From assembly GCA_044222185.1 (NCBI GenBank), contig JBGANV010000004.1:384001-448000 (forward strand): 64,000 bases of DNA, in the 5' to 3' direction. Position numbers and translations under genes: made by a program. A model generated the notes under the pieces. The model saw only the letters and a list, made by a program, of their open reading frames with translations, was not told the DNA's origin and searched no databases. This DNA comes from Planctomycetota bacterium (GTDB lineage Bacteria > Planctomycetota > GCA-002687715 > CAIWVZ01). Shown one piece after another: positions 12,701-21,291 of the stretch. How positions within the stretch are numbered: the first letter of the stretch is position 1; each line of letters begins with the position of its first letter.

Positions 12701-12864
12701 ACACCGCTCTGGTCGTTGAACTGGATCTGGGGTTGGATGGCGACCCGCGGGATCCACTCGAGCAGCATGTTCGGCGTGCACGTTTGCGCGGCGCCGAGCC
12801 CTCCGGTGACGACGAGGGACACGATGAGACGGACCGTCCATTGCGCGTGGGACCTGGCTTGCAT
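9712..12864 (-). CDS. large secreted multidomain protein with acidic Ca-binding-like motif and C-terminal HExxH zincin motif
   Basis: Signal-peptide-like LIVSLVVTGGLGAAQ; VDTNDDG...VDDDDDDGNGVSD; ILSHEIWHIL; start inferred at MQARSH. Confidence 0.7.
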   Translation of the reverse strand: MQARSHAQWTVRLIVSLVVTGGLGAAQTCTPNMLLEWIPRVAIQPQIQFNDQSGVYDKTLCFPEPIVIRVFPHDLDEATFWGMQADLITPLTVAPHRDSTHVSWILNDVSGTGSTLVDRQCREVRTSQGDTVVFYPPWKLAVNTSTTFTISMNIDDAFFTQATGVSVPPGFDDPRVDRLACDGHFPELIVTVTRTANGMYHVRIDPPPGYCQATPPGSVIGQTGASCNCTLSSPLPQNVTPPYVLTSSTSGPPDGFLCAETPTPVWATVTDYDRKRWQCQVNSFIEYDCRDSVTYSWSAVSGPGYFVSEPGSSFTSGSGTSNAQQPVWWTPPIQAATSIRLNMIGDDGMPPWYGSTGSWANYDDPAASATPLTIAVYPAANLRVDTNDDGALTTADEASEECRPGALVPVDDDDDDGNGVSDLADAGGFVDDDLRPMQLIVPFAPPSTQAKFRISWFPTNGVRIFTAPNKTGEITNGAFLPFTTAGTVNYFIEGINPGQTLIHVEVLSNATTLRLMCRDVVSVTVVGLRFLDDTSQPKALFGATAALQISKVVTNRLTNDAPDGSFPPALAFDALPTGDPDNFRVEAVGLESSLNFMVRVDVMIDPATETIRSSEVHPLTTGTLNGVPASRTGTIRLVSNSADDVQCGQSTRLARLDNDLASHPPGVLSNDTIRARLALGGITFMERSLPVFRPPSEPQDNALRTVRLRLFGLPGQSWNYAQAVDWVNDDLAQCGIRAVAASTTNLVPVNNVILIEQGPADHMLRGGTIVGAINGTNYTVPFAKDQSMATVAANIAAAIQATPTAQGPLTTEVVPIPYSMSLHYFVVVNRRESPFPANITTRFYVSDYEYFDNEDPEEDQIIGLHVTGLNSPPDVATGDDAYALALNYAGTDTTAIDVFLLDNPEAGSTLQSGSILGISHWPEGPSDPIAFRNTAFIGRIAMGLEVPMVPTGAPNFSPGLNPHILSHEIWHILAAGNQPHDPTADGVHSWDPLNLMGLLPLVPAALQPQVFDPDPRAMKRLTEPQNADARHDTGTSPPPNALLQRLLWNF

Positions 12865-13076
12865 GTCTGGTGCTCCGGGCAAGCGACCCACGCGGTGGGC
12901 CGTGCCCACCAGGCTACTTGGCGTTCGGCTGCCCGAACCGACACCGAAAACGGATTTTCGGCGGGCCGATCCCACGGCTCGGCGCGACCGGTGTCATCGC
13001 GCGGTGTGCTCCCGACGCCTCACGCCCAGGTCGCGGCCTGGCGCTCGAGGCATCCGAACGCGTGCCCGGGCCTCGC

Positions 13077-14714
13077 TCACCCGCGCGGCGCGACCCTCAC
13101 GAGCCAGCTCACCCGCTCCTCGAGCAGATGCTTGGCGTCTTTGTAGACGTAGCCCGTGCCATCCACGACGACGGCCGTGATCCGATAGCGGCCTGGCTTC
13201 AGCCGGCCGATCGGGAACACGCACTGCGCGGCCTTCCCGGCGTCGCCCTTCTTCGTCATGCCGGTCGTGTCGATGTTCCCGCCGGGTGGGATGTCGTAGG
13301 TGATGCGGTTTTCGCGCTCGCGCTTGGCGTTGCGGCCCCAGCGACCCGTGAGGGCTTCCTGCATGCGGTTGCGGAATTCGTCGGACTTCGCTTCGCCAGT
13401 GCGGCCGCTCCCGGCGGCGACCGGGCCCGGCGCGTCGGTTTGCACCGGCTCCACGTACCAGGTCGTCTTCAGCTCGTGCTTCTTGGGCTTCATGGGCGTG
13501 ACCGAGAGGTACGCCTTGTCGTCGCCTTCCTTCACGTTCACCTCGTTCGTCGCCGGCGGATCGAACGAGTCAATGGGATTCACGTACGAGTAGATCTTCA
13601 GGATCGCGGCTTCGCGACAGACCGGGCAATACCCCGTGTGTCCCGCCGAGTTCATGGCGCAGCTACGTGATGGACGCCATACGCCCTTGAAGTAGGTCGC
13701 GCCGCCTTCGAAGACGCCGACGCCGGCGACCTTCTTCTCCAGGATGTGCGCCCACGGCACGAGCTTCGGATCCGGCGTCATGGAGGCGTTCGGCGCCTCG
13801 ATCTTGTACTGGGGCGTCGTCGGGTTGTTCGTGTACTCGTCGAGCAGGCCGACGAAGGAGTGTCCGAACTCGTGGACCGTCACCGATTTGTCCGGGCGCC
13901 CCACGTTGGCGATGCCGCCACCTCCCATGCCGAGCTGACCGAAGCGGGCGAATGCGATGATGAGCCCATCGTCCTGGCAACCCGCATCTTCCTTCGCCGC
14001 GATCTTCAACCACTTGTAGACCAGCCGCCGATCCGCGAGGACCTGTCCCTGCGGACCCGCGGCCTTGCAGTCGAGGGCGGTGGAGAAGTCCGTCTTCTTC
14101 TTGCGCGTGCGCGACTTGTTGCGCTCCTCGATCTTCGCTTTCTCCTCTGGCGAAAGCTGCGGATCCACTCCTTCTTCCAGCGAGGCGAGGCGCACGAAGT
14201 AGAAGTTGAAGTAGTCGCGGTACTCGTCGAAGGCGTATTCGTTGCAGAGGACTTCGAGACACAGCTTCGCCCACTTCAGCTCGAGGTTCTGATCCTCCGT
14301 ATCGATCGTGAACCCATCGCCCATGACCGCCACGTCGATGCGACGTTCCTTGGGTCCGCTGCGGTGGAAGACTTCGAGTCCCAGGTAGGCGTTGTCGTCG
14401 GAATGCTCCTCGATGGACTTCTTGTGGACCGAGTTCGGGAACTTGTCGAGGACTGAGCGCAGCGCCTTCTGCGCCGCACTCCACTTGCCCTTCCTCTGCA
14501 GTTCGAGGGCGGCCTTGAAGTCGGGGGTCGAGGCGTCGATGAGAGGTGCGGGAGGCTCCGGCGGCGCGGCGGGTTCGATCACCGGTTCGTCGCCGAGGAG
14601 TCCGCCCGGATCGAACGGCGGATCTCCCGAGCCTCCGCCGACAGGCTCCTGCGCCTGCACGAGCGGGAGGGCGAGCGCCAACGTGAGCAGAACGAACCAA
14701 CGCTGTGGGGACAT
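13077..14714 (-). CDS. M64 family (IgA peptidase-like) metallopeptidase, secreted
   Basis: RIDVAVMGDGFT, HEFGHSFVGLLDEY, FEGG.Y..GVWRP...CAM...YCPVC; signal peptide. Confidence 0.85.
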   Translation of the reverse strand: MSPQRWFVLLTLALALPLVQAQEPVGGGSGDPPFDPGGLLGDEPVIEPAAPPEPPAPLIDASTPDFKAALELQRKGKWSAAQKALRSVLDKFPNSVHKKSIEEHSDDNAYLGLEVFHRSGPKERRIDVAVMGDGFTIDTEDQNLELKWAKLCLEVLCNEYAFDEYRDYFNFYFVRLASLEEGVDPQLSPEEKAKIEERNKSRTRKKKTDFSTALDCKAAGPQGQVLADRRLVYKWLKIAAKEDAGCQDDGLIIAFARFGQLGMGGGGIANVGRPDKSVTVHEFGHSFVGLLDEYTNNPTTPQYKIEAPNASMTPDPKLVPWAHILEKKVAGVGVFEGGATYFKGVWRPSRSCAMNSAGHTGYCPVCREAAILKIYSYVNPIDSFDPPATNEVNVKEGDDKAYLSVTPMKPKKHELKTTWYVEPVQTDAPGPVAAGSGRTGEAKSDEFRNRMQEALTGRWGRNAKRERENRITYDIPPGGNIDTTGMTKKGDAGKAAQCVFPIGRLKPGRYRITAVVVDGTGYVYKDAKHLLEERVSWLVRVAPRG

Positions 14715-15058
14715 CGGGTACGTCTCACGCCCCGTTCCAAGGGCGTCGGAAGTGGGAGAGCTTAGTACGGCGGGGGGAGTGCTGAAAGGTCAGAGGTGTG
14801 CCTGAGCCTCGATTGGGCCGGTGGGCGTGGGCGCGAGGCGGCTGAACGGCCGGCTCGCCCCGGCTCTCATGCCGCTCCCGGCCCCCACGAGGCCTCCCTC
14901 GCGGCACCACGCCTCGCCGGTGGCACGCGTTCGCACGGGGCACCCGATCGGCGGCGCGGGCCGGCGCGGCGACCTCACCGGCCGACCCGGGGCTCGGCGG
15001 ATACGCGCAGGACTTGGTCCCGCGTATCGTTCCCGCATCAACTGGAGGAGTCGGTCCG

Positions 15059-16861
15059 ATGAAGTCTCTCGCCGTCGTTTCCATCGTGGTCGTCATGGGT
15101 TGCCTCGGGTGGTCGTGCGCGGGTCCGGGGAACGCGGAGAAGGCCCACCCAGACGCGCAGGCGTTCATCACGGCTTACGAGAAGGCGTTCTACAAGCTGC
15201 AATATGACGCAGCCCTCGCGGAGTGGACGTCGAACACGCACATCGTCGAAGGCGACGAGGGCAACGCGAAGCGCACGGAGGCGGCCAACGAAGCGCTGGC
15301 GGCATTCACGGGCAGCGTGGAGAACATCGAGCAGGCGCGAAAGTTCCTCGCGATGAAGGGTTCGCTGACCGAGACCCAGACGCGCCAGCTCGAAGCGATC
15401 CTCTATCGCGCGGCCGACAAGCCGCAGACGGCGCCGGATCTCGTCAAGCAACGCATCGCCGCGGAGACGGCCCAGACGGAGAAGCTCTACGGGTTCAAAT
15501 ACATGCTCGGGGGTCGCGAGGTCACGACGAACGATCTGGACGACGCGCTCAAGAACGAGAAGGACCTGACGAAGCGCCTCGCCGCGTGGGAGGCGTCGAA
15601 GACGGTCGGACCCGCGGTGAAGGACGGGCTCGTCAACCTGCAGCGCTTGCGGAATGCGACCGTGCGCGCGCTCGGCTACCCCGACTACTTCAGCTACCAG
15701 GTCTCCGAGTACGGAATGACCAACGACGAGATGATGACGCTGCTCGAGAAGATCAACGACGAGCTGCGGCCTCTCTATCGCGAGCTTCACACCTACTTCC
15801 GCCACGAGCTGGCGAAGAAGTTCGGGCAGCCGGTCCCCGACCTGATCCCCGCGCACTGGCTTCCGAACCGCTGGGGCCAGGACTGGAACGCCTTCGTCAA
15901 CGTCGAGGGCCTGGACCTCGAAGGCGCCCTCAAGGACAAGACGCCCGAGTGGCTCGTCAAGCAAGCCGAGAGCTTCTACGTGAGCCTGGGCTTCGAGCCT
16001 CTGCCCGCGTCGTTCTGGGAGAAGTCGTCGCTCTATCCGGCGCCGCCGAACGCCGGCTGGAAGAAGAACAACCACGCGAGCGCGTGGCACCTGGACCTGG
16101 AGCGCGACGTCCGCTCGCTCATGAGCGTCGAGAGCAACGCCGAGTGGTACGAGACGACGCATCACGAACTCGGTCACATCTACTACTACCTCACGTACAC
16201 GAACCCGGACGTCCCGCTGCTCCTCCGACAGGGCGCGAACCGCGCGTATCACGAGGCCATCGGATCCATGATGGGACTGGCGGCCATGCAACCGCGCTTC
16301 GTCTCGGGGATCGGCCTGAAGATCGGCGACAAGAAACCCGACCCGATCCAGACGCTGCTGAAGGAAGCCCTCAACTTCGTGATCTTCATCCCGTGGTCCA
16401 CGGGGACGATGACCCGGTTCGAGCACGACCTCTACGCCGAGGAGCTGCCGCCGAACCAGTGGAACGCCCGGTGGTGGGAGCTGGTCGCGAAGTACCAGGG
16501 CGTGGCACCGCCCTCGTCCCGCGGCGAGGAGTGGTGTGACGCGGCGACGAAGACGCACATCAACGACGATCCCGCGCAGTACTACGACTACGCGCTCTCG
16601 TTCGTGCTCCTGTTCCAGGTGCACGACCACATCGCGCGCGAAATCCTCCACCAGGATCCGCGCGACACGAACTACTTCGGGCGCAAGGAGGTGGGGGACT
16701 TCCTCAAGGGAATCCTCCGTCCTGGCGCCAACACGGACTGGCGCAAGCTGCTCCGTGACGCGACTGGCGAGGACCTCTCGGCCCGAGCGATGATCGACTA
16801 CTTCAAGCCGCTCCTCGAGTGGCTGAAGACCCAGAACGCCGGGCGAAAAGCGACGATTTGA
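15059..16861 (+). CDS. M2 family peptidyl-dipeptidase (ACE-like), probable lipoprotein
   Basis: IPAHWL.NRWGQDW, FWEKSSLY, HASAW, HHELGHIYYY, GANRAYHEAIG; GGAGG RBS. Confidence 0.92.
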   Translation: MKSLAVVSIVVVMGCLGWSCAGPGNAEKAHPDAQAFITAYEKAFYKLQYDAALAEWTSNTHIVEGDEGNAKRTEAANEALAAFTGSVENIEQARKFLAMKGSLTETQTRQLEAILYRAADKPQTAPDLVKQRIAAETAQTEKLYGFKYMLGGREVTTNDLDDALKNEKDLTKRLAAWEASKTVGPAVKDGLVNLQRLRNATVRALGYPDYFSYQVSEYGMTNDEMMTLLEKINDELRPLYRELHTYFRHELAKKFGQPVPDLIPAHWLPNRWGQDWNAFVNVEGLDLEGALKDKTPEWLVKQAESFYVSLGFEPLPASFWEKSSLYPAPPNAGWKKNNHASAWHLDLERDVRSLMSVESNAEWYETTHHELGHIYYYLTYTNPDVPLLLRQGANRAYHEAIGSMMGLAAMQPRFVSGIGLKIGDKKPDPIQTLLKEALNFVIFIPWSTGTMTRFEHDLYAEELPPNQWNARWWELVAKYQGVAPPSSRGEEWCDAATKTHINDDPAQYYDYALSFVLLFQVHDHIAREILHQDPRDTNYFGRKEVGDFLKGILRPGANTDWRKLLRDATGEDLSARAMIDYFKPLLEWLKTQNAGRKATI

Positions 16862-17007
16862 CCCGCCATCACGGATAGGCTCACGTCCTTTTGCGCCGAG
16901 GCGCGAGCGACGCGCGCGTCCTTCTCCGACGCGCGGCCGCAGCGCTCCTCCAGGTCCCGAGCGATGTCGGTTAGAACGACCCCGCCGATTTTGGCGGACA
17001 CTCATCC

Positions 17008-18099
17008 ATGGAACGTTCCGATCTCGACTTTCTCCTGACCGAAGACCAGGCACTGCTCGCCGAGACCGTTCGCGGATTGGCGAAGGACCAGCTCGCTCCG
17101 CACCACGAGCACATCGATCACGCAGGCGTCCATCCCGAGGCGGCCGTCGCATCCATGGCCGAGACCGGCTTGTTCGGGATCCTCGTCCCCGCGGATGCGG
17201 GCGGCGTTGGCATGGGAATGCTCGCGCACGTGCTGGCCGTCTCCGAACTCGCGGCCGGCGCGGGCGTGGCGGGCGCCATCCTCGCGGCTCACGGGATCGC
17301 GGTCGACGCTCTCGTGGCGTCAGGCAAGGCCGCCGAACAACTCGGCGATCTGTGCGGAGGCACCGCGTTCGCCTCGCTCGCCCTCCAGGAATCGGGGGGT
17401 GGCGTGACGGCCCGCGCGGAGGGATCCGGTGACCAGGCCCGACTGACCGGCGAGAAGACGCAGGTGCCGTTCCCCGGCCGCGCCCGCGTGGTCGTCGTGC
17501 TCGCGCGTGACTCCGCAGGCATTGCACGTTTGTATGCCGTCGATCCCCGATCCGCCGGCGTGCGTCATGACGCACGCGACGTGCGGTTGGGGCTGCGCGG
17601 ATTCGAGACGGCCTCGCTCGGTCTTTGCGGGGTCGCCGCGCGCGAACTCGGCGGGAGCGAACTCCTCGAACGCGTTCTCACGACGGCGCGGATCAACGTC
17701 TCCGCACTTCTCGTCGGATTGGGCCGCGGGGCGATCGGCCACGGCGTGCGCTACGGCCAGGAGCGGAAGCAATTCGAGACGCCGCTCCTGGGTCTCGTCG
17801 CCATGCAGGAGCGCCTCGCGCGCTCCGATGCCCGCGTCGCCGCCGCGTGCGCGCTCGTGCACGGTGCCGCGCGGCTCGTCGACCGTGGGGAGACCGCGAG
17901 TCTTGCGGCCATGCGCGCGCGCTACGTGGCGGGGGAGGCGGCCGTCGCGACGGCAGACGACGTGTTGCAGGTGTTTGGAGGCTATGGCTACAGCCGCGAA
18001 TACCCGGCCGAGCGCTTCTATCGTGACGCGCGCTTCTGTGGTTTCGGCGAAGCCGTCGTCGCCGAACTCGTCGGTGGAATCGCGCAGGCGATCGCATGA
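17008..18099 (+). CDS. acyl-CoA dehydrogenase family protein (divergent)
   Basis: LTEDQALLAETVR, ERKQFE, LQVFGGYGYSREYPAERFYRDAR. Confidence 0.85.
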   Translation: MERSDLDFLLTEDQALLAETVRGLAKDQLAPHHEHIDHAGVHPEAAVASMAETGLFGILVPADAGGVGMGMLAHVLAVSELAAGAGVAGAILAAHGIAVDALVASGKAAEQLGDLCGGTAFASLALQESGGGVTARAEGSGDQARLTGEKTQVPFPGRARVVVVLARDSAGIARLYAVDPRSAGVRHDARDVRLGLRGFETASLGLCGVAARELGGSELLERVLTTARINVSALLVGLGRGAIGHGVRYGQERKQFETPLLGLVAMQERLARSDARVAAACALVHGAARLVDRGETASLAAMRARYVAGEAAVATADDVLQVFGGYGYSREYPAERFYRDARFCGFGEAVVAELVGGIAQAIA

Positions 18100-18665
18100 G
18101 CCCACGACGGCTCGTCGTGGGGATCTCGGGGAGCAGCTGCCCGCAGCTTGGCGTGCGGCTGCTCGAGGTCCTGCGGGATCTCGGCGGTCGGGAAATCCAC
18201 CTCGTGGTGACCGCAGGGGCGGCGCGCTGTCTGAAGCTCGAGATGCCCGAATGGCCGCTCGATCGCGTGCTTGCGCTGGCGGACGTCGTGCACGACGACC
18301 GCGATCTTGCCGCGCCGATCTCGTCCGGTTCGTTTCTGCACGACGGAATGGTGATCATTCCGGCGAGCATGAAGACCGTCGGCAATCTCGCGTACGGCAA
18401 CGCGGGGCAGCTTCTCGTTCGCGCGGCGGACGTCACTCTGAAGGAGCGCCGCACGTTGATCGTCGTCCCGCGCGAGACGCCCCTCCACCTGGGACACCTG
18501 CGAGCCTTGACCGCGCTCGCCGAAATCGGGGCCGTCATCGTCCCGCCCATGATCGCGACGTACCACCAGCCGAAGACCGTGGCCGACGTGATCGATCACT
18601 GCGTCGGCAAGGTGCTCGACCTCTTGCGTATCGAGCATTCGCTCTTCACGCGCTGGGGATCCTGA
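18096..18665 (+). CDS. ubiX: flavin prenyltransferase UbiX
   Basis: VVGISGSS, AAPISSGSF, PASMKT, RAADVTLKERR.LIVVPRETPL. Confidence 0.93.
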   Translation: MSPRRLVVGISGSSCPQLGVRLLEVLRDLGGREIHLVVTAGAARCLKLEMPEWPLDRVLALADVVHDDRDLAAPISSGSFLHDGMVIIPASMKTVGNLAYGNAGQLLVRAADVTLKERRTLIVVPRETPLHLGHLRALTALAEIGAVIVPPMIATYHQPKTVADVIDHCVGKVLDLLRIEHSLFTRWGS

Positions 18666-18856
18666 GAGCCTGACGCCGAGCGCATTTGCGATCGGCGCCA
18701 TCTGGGTCCGAGTGCTCGCCCCGGAGTCGATCGTCGCTTCGTTGCTTGACACCGCGTTCCTTTGGAGGTGAGACTGCGCCCGGCGACACTCCCCGGTCGC
18801 GTCGAAAGGTCTGCTTTCGGCTGGTGTGAGAGGTCTGCACTGACTGGGGATCCGCG

Positions 18857-21130
18857 ATGCCATCGAGAACTCCGACGGCTCGACGTCCGTGGCTGTTCAT
18901 CTGGGCTGTGTGCGTGCTTTCCGCGACGTCCGTACTCGGACAGGGAGGCTGGGGAGGCGGCTCGGGACCGTCCGGCCCTCTTGGCCCGCTCGGGCCTGCA
19001 CCGAACACCCTGACTCTCGGCAACGGGGATCTGACGCTCGTGCTCGCGAAGGGCGCGACGAGCTACGACGTTCAGTCCATCACCAGTTCGGCGACCGGCA
19101 GCATGACGTTCGAACCGGGCGGTCTCTGGTCGCTCACCATGCACACCGCCGCGGGAGATCAGGTGCTCGTGCCGGCGAACTTCGCGACCACGCAGGTCGC
19201 GACGGCGACCGGCGGTTACATGATCCAGTGGTCGAATCAGTCCGTCATCCCGGGCAACGTCGTCGTGAAGGCCCTGATCCGGTTCCAGTCCGGTGCCTTC
19301 GACTTCCAGATCTGGGTCAACAACTCGAGCACCACGCGGGCGCTCCGGAACGTGAGGTTCCCGATCATCCGCATTCAGCCGCTGACCACCGAGTTCCTGG
19401 GGGAGGTGCTCATGTTGCCGCTCCTGGGCGGCGGTGGGACGTTCCTGTTTCCCGAAACGCTGCCGTCCCTCCAGTTCCCGAACCCCGGCACGTCGACCCA
19501 GTTGTTCAGCCTGTTCGAGCGTCTTGGGAATCGTGTCCTGTACTGGCAGACGAAGGACATCCTGGGCACGCACAAGGAGTATCGCGTGCAGGGACTCGGC
19601 GGGAGCACGCTCTTCGAGGTGATCAACTTCCCCGTGAACAACCACCTCGCGGGCAGTGATTACTCGCCGCTCTACTCGTTCAGCCTGACGGCGTTGTCAG
19701 GCACCTGGTTCGACGCGGGCGTTCGCTACAGACAGTGGGCGACGCAGCAGCCATGGGCACTGCGCGGGCGAATCGAAACGTCGAGCTGGTTCACTCCGCG
19801 GATGAAGGCGCTCGAACTCGAGGCGCTGATGTACCCGAACCACCTCGTCGGGTTCAACGACTTCGACGCGTTCACTGCGGATGCGATCCGGATCCGCGAC
19901 TTCCTGGGACTTCAGCCCGACGAGCTGGCGCTGCTCTGGTCGGATTGGGGCGCGAACGTGTTCAACACGGTCGAGCCCGACACGCTCCCGGCACGATCGA
20001 CCGCGTCCGGCGCGGTCGGCGCCGCCCACGCCGCGGGCATCCGCGTCCTGCCGTACGTCATGATCGACTTCTGGTCGCCCAACTCGACGAACTACGCGGC
20101 GTTCAACGTGGCGAACTACGCATGGACGGACATCGACGGAAACGTCCCGGTGTCGTTCCTCGGACCCGACGTCTCGACGCTCGTGTTCCCGCACATCCGC
20201 CTCGACCCGGCGCTCTCGGGAACCCGGACTGCGGAGGGGGGAATCCTCAACCAGGTTCTTGGGGCTCTGGGCACGCAGTCGTGGGACGGCCTGTACCTCG
20301 ACACGTGGAGCGGGCAGGTTCCCGAGCTCGACTACAACCCGCAGCTTCCGCTGAAGGGCGGGACCCCGCTCTGGTCGCTGGGCCGTACGTTCGAGGGGCT
20401 GATGTTCCAGCAACTCGTGAAGGGGCCGGACCCGGATCGATTCCTCACTTCGGAGGCGCCGAACGAGACCGTCGTGAGCGTGATCGACCTCGTCCACTAC
20501 AACCCGTTCGAGAACGGCATCGTCCAGTTGCCGATCTGGGAGACGGTGTACCACGGGTACATCTACAGCTCGAACCTCGGCGCCACGGTCCCCCAGCAAC
20601 CACTGGCGTTCCAAGAGGCAGTGAACATCCCGAACATCACCTACGACTTCCACCTCGGGAAGATCCTCGGACTCTCGAACTACTTCGCGGACGTCCTCCC
20701 ATACATCCACCCGGATCCGATGCAAAACCAGGGAATCGAGACGTTCGAGTACGTTCGGTCGCTCATCCAGGTCGATCGGTTCGCACGGAAGTACCGGGTG
20801 TTCGGGGAGATGCTGAGGCCGCTGTCGTCGTCCGTTCCGACGTCGTTGTTGACCGGCGCATACTTCGCGCAACCGAGGCCAACGGCGTTCACGTCGATCT
20901 GGAAGGCGAGCACGGGAGAGATCGGGATCCTGGCGACGAACGACGGATCCGCGAGCGCATTCGCGGACGTCACGCTGAGCTTCTCCACGTACGGCCTCAC
21001 AGGCTCCTGGGACCTGTTTGCGAATCTCGGCGGCACCCGTGTGCTCGTCGGGACGTTCAGCGGATCGCTCTCGATTCCGGTGCCGCTGGGGCCGCGCTCG
21101 GCGTTTCTCCTCGAGCTCGTGCCTCACTGA
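18857..21130 (+). CDS. secreted glycoside-hydrolase-like (DUF6259-like) protein
   Basis: Signal peptide; WFDAGVRYRQWA, AHAAGIRVLPY, DGLYLD, FLTSEAPNE, PIWETVYH, FGEMLRP suggest a TIM-barrel GH-like fold. Confidence 0.65.
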   Translation: MPSRTPTARRPWLFIWAVCVLSATSVLGQGGWGGGSGPSGPLGPLGPAPNTLTLGNGDLTLVLAKGATSYDVQSITSSATGSMTFEPGGLWSLTMHTAAGDQVLVPANFATTQVATATGGYMIQWSNQSVIPGNVVVKALIRFQSGAFDFQIWVNNSSTTRALRNVRFPIIRIQPLTTEFLGEVLMLPLLGGGGTFLFPETLPSLQFPNPGTSTQLFSLFERLGNRVLYWQTKDILGTHKEYRVQGLGGSTLFEVINFPVNNHLAGSDYSPLYSFSLTALSGTWFDAGVRYRQWATQQPWALRGRIETSSWFTPRMKALELEALMYPNHLVGFNDFDAFTADAIRIRDFLGLQPDELALLWSDWGANVFNTVEPDTLPARSTASGAVGAAHAAGIRVLPYVMIDFWSPNSTNYAAFNVANYAWTDIDGNVPVSFLGPDVSTLVFPHIRLDPALSGTRTAEGGILNQVLGALGTQSWDGLYLDTWSGQVPELDYNPQLPLKGGTPLWSLGRTFEGLMFQQLVKGPDPDRFLTSEAPNETVVSVIDLVHYNPFENGIVQLPIWETVYHGYIYSSNLGATVPQQPLAFQEAVNIPNITYDFHLGKILGLSNYFADVLPYIHPDPMQNQGIETFEYVRSLIQVDRFARKYRVFGEMLRPLSSSVPTSLLTGAYFAQPRPTAFTSIWKASTGEIGILATNDGSASAFADVTLSFSTYGLTGSWDLFANLGGTRVLVGTFSGSLSIPVPLGPRSAFLLELVPH

Positions 21131-21291
21131 ACGATCGACCGGGAGAGTTTCGGCAACGACCACGCGTTCTTAACGCACGATTTCATCTCCGGCTGCATAG
21201 TCCCCGGCGTCGACACGCCCGGGGGCAATTGGGCGACGACGTCGGAAAGCAGCCAATCCGCAGGTCCGCCATCGGACGCCCATCCGAGGAG

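Noticed and set aside
21131-21291. Pho box upstream of the TonB operon
   Set aside because: TTAAC/TTCAT/TGCAT half-sites are spaced 12 bp rather than 11 and are too degenerate to call.
19735-21291. N-terminal extension of the 1198-aa ORF
   Set aside because: It is an Arg/Pro-rich alternative-frame read over the real 18857-21130 gene; the true start is at 21292 with RBS and signal peptide.
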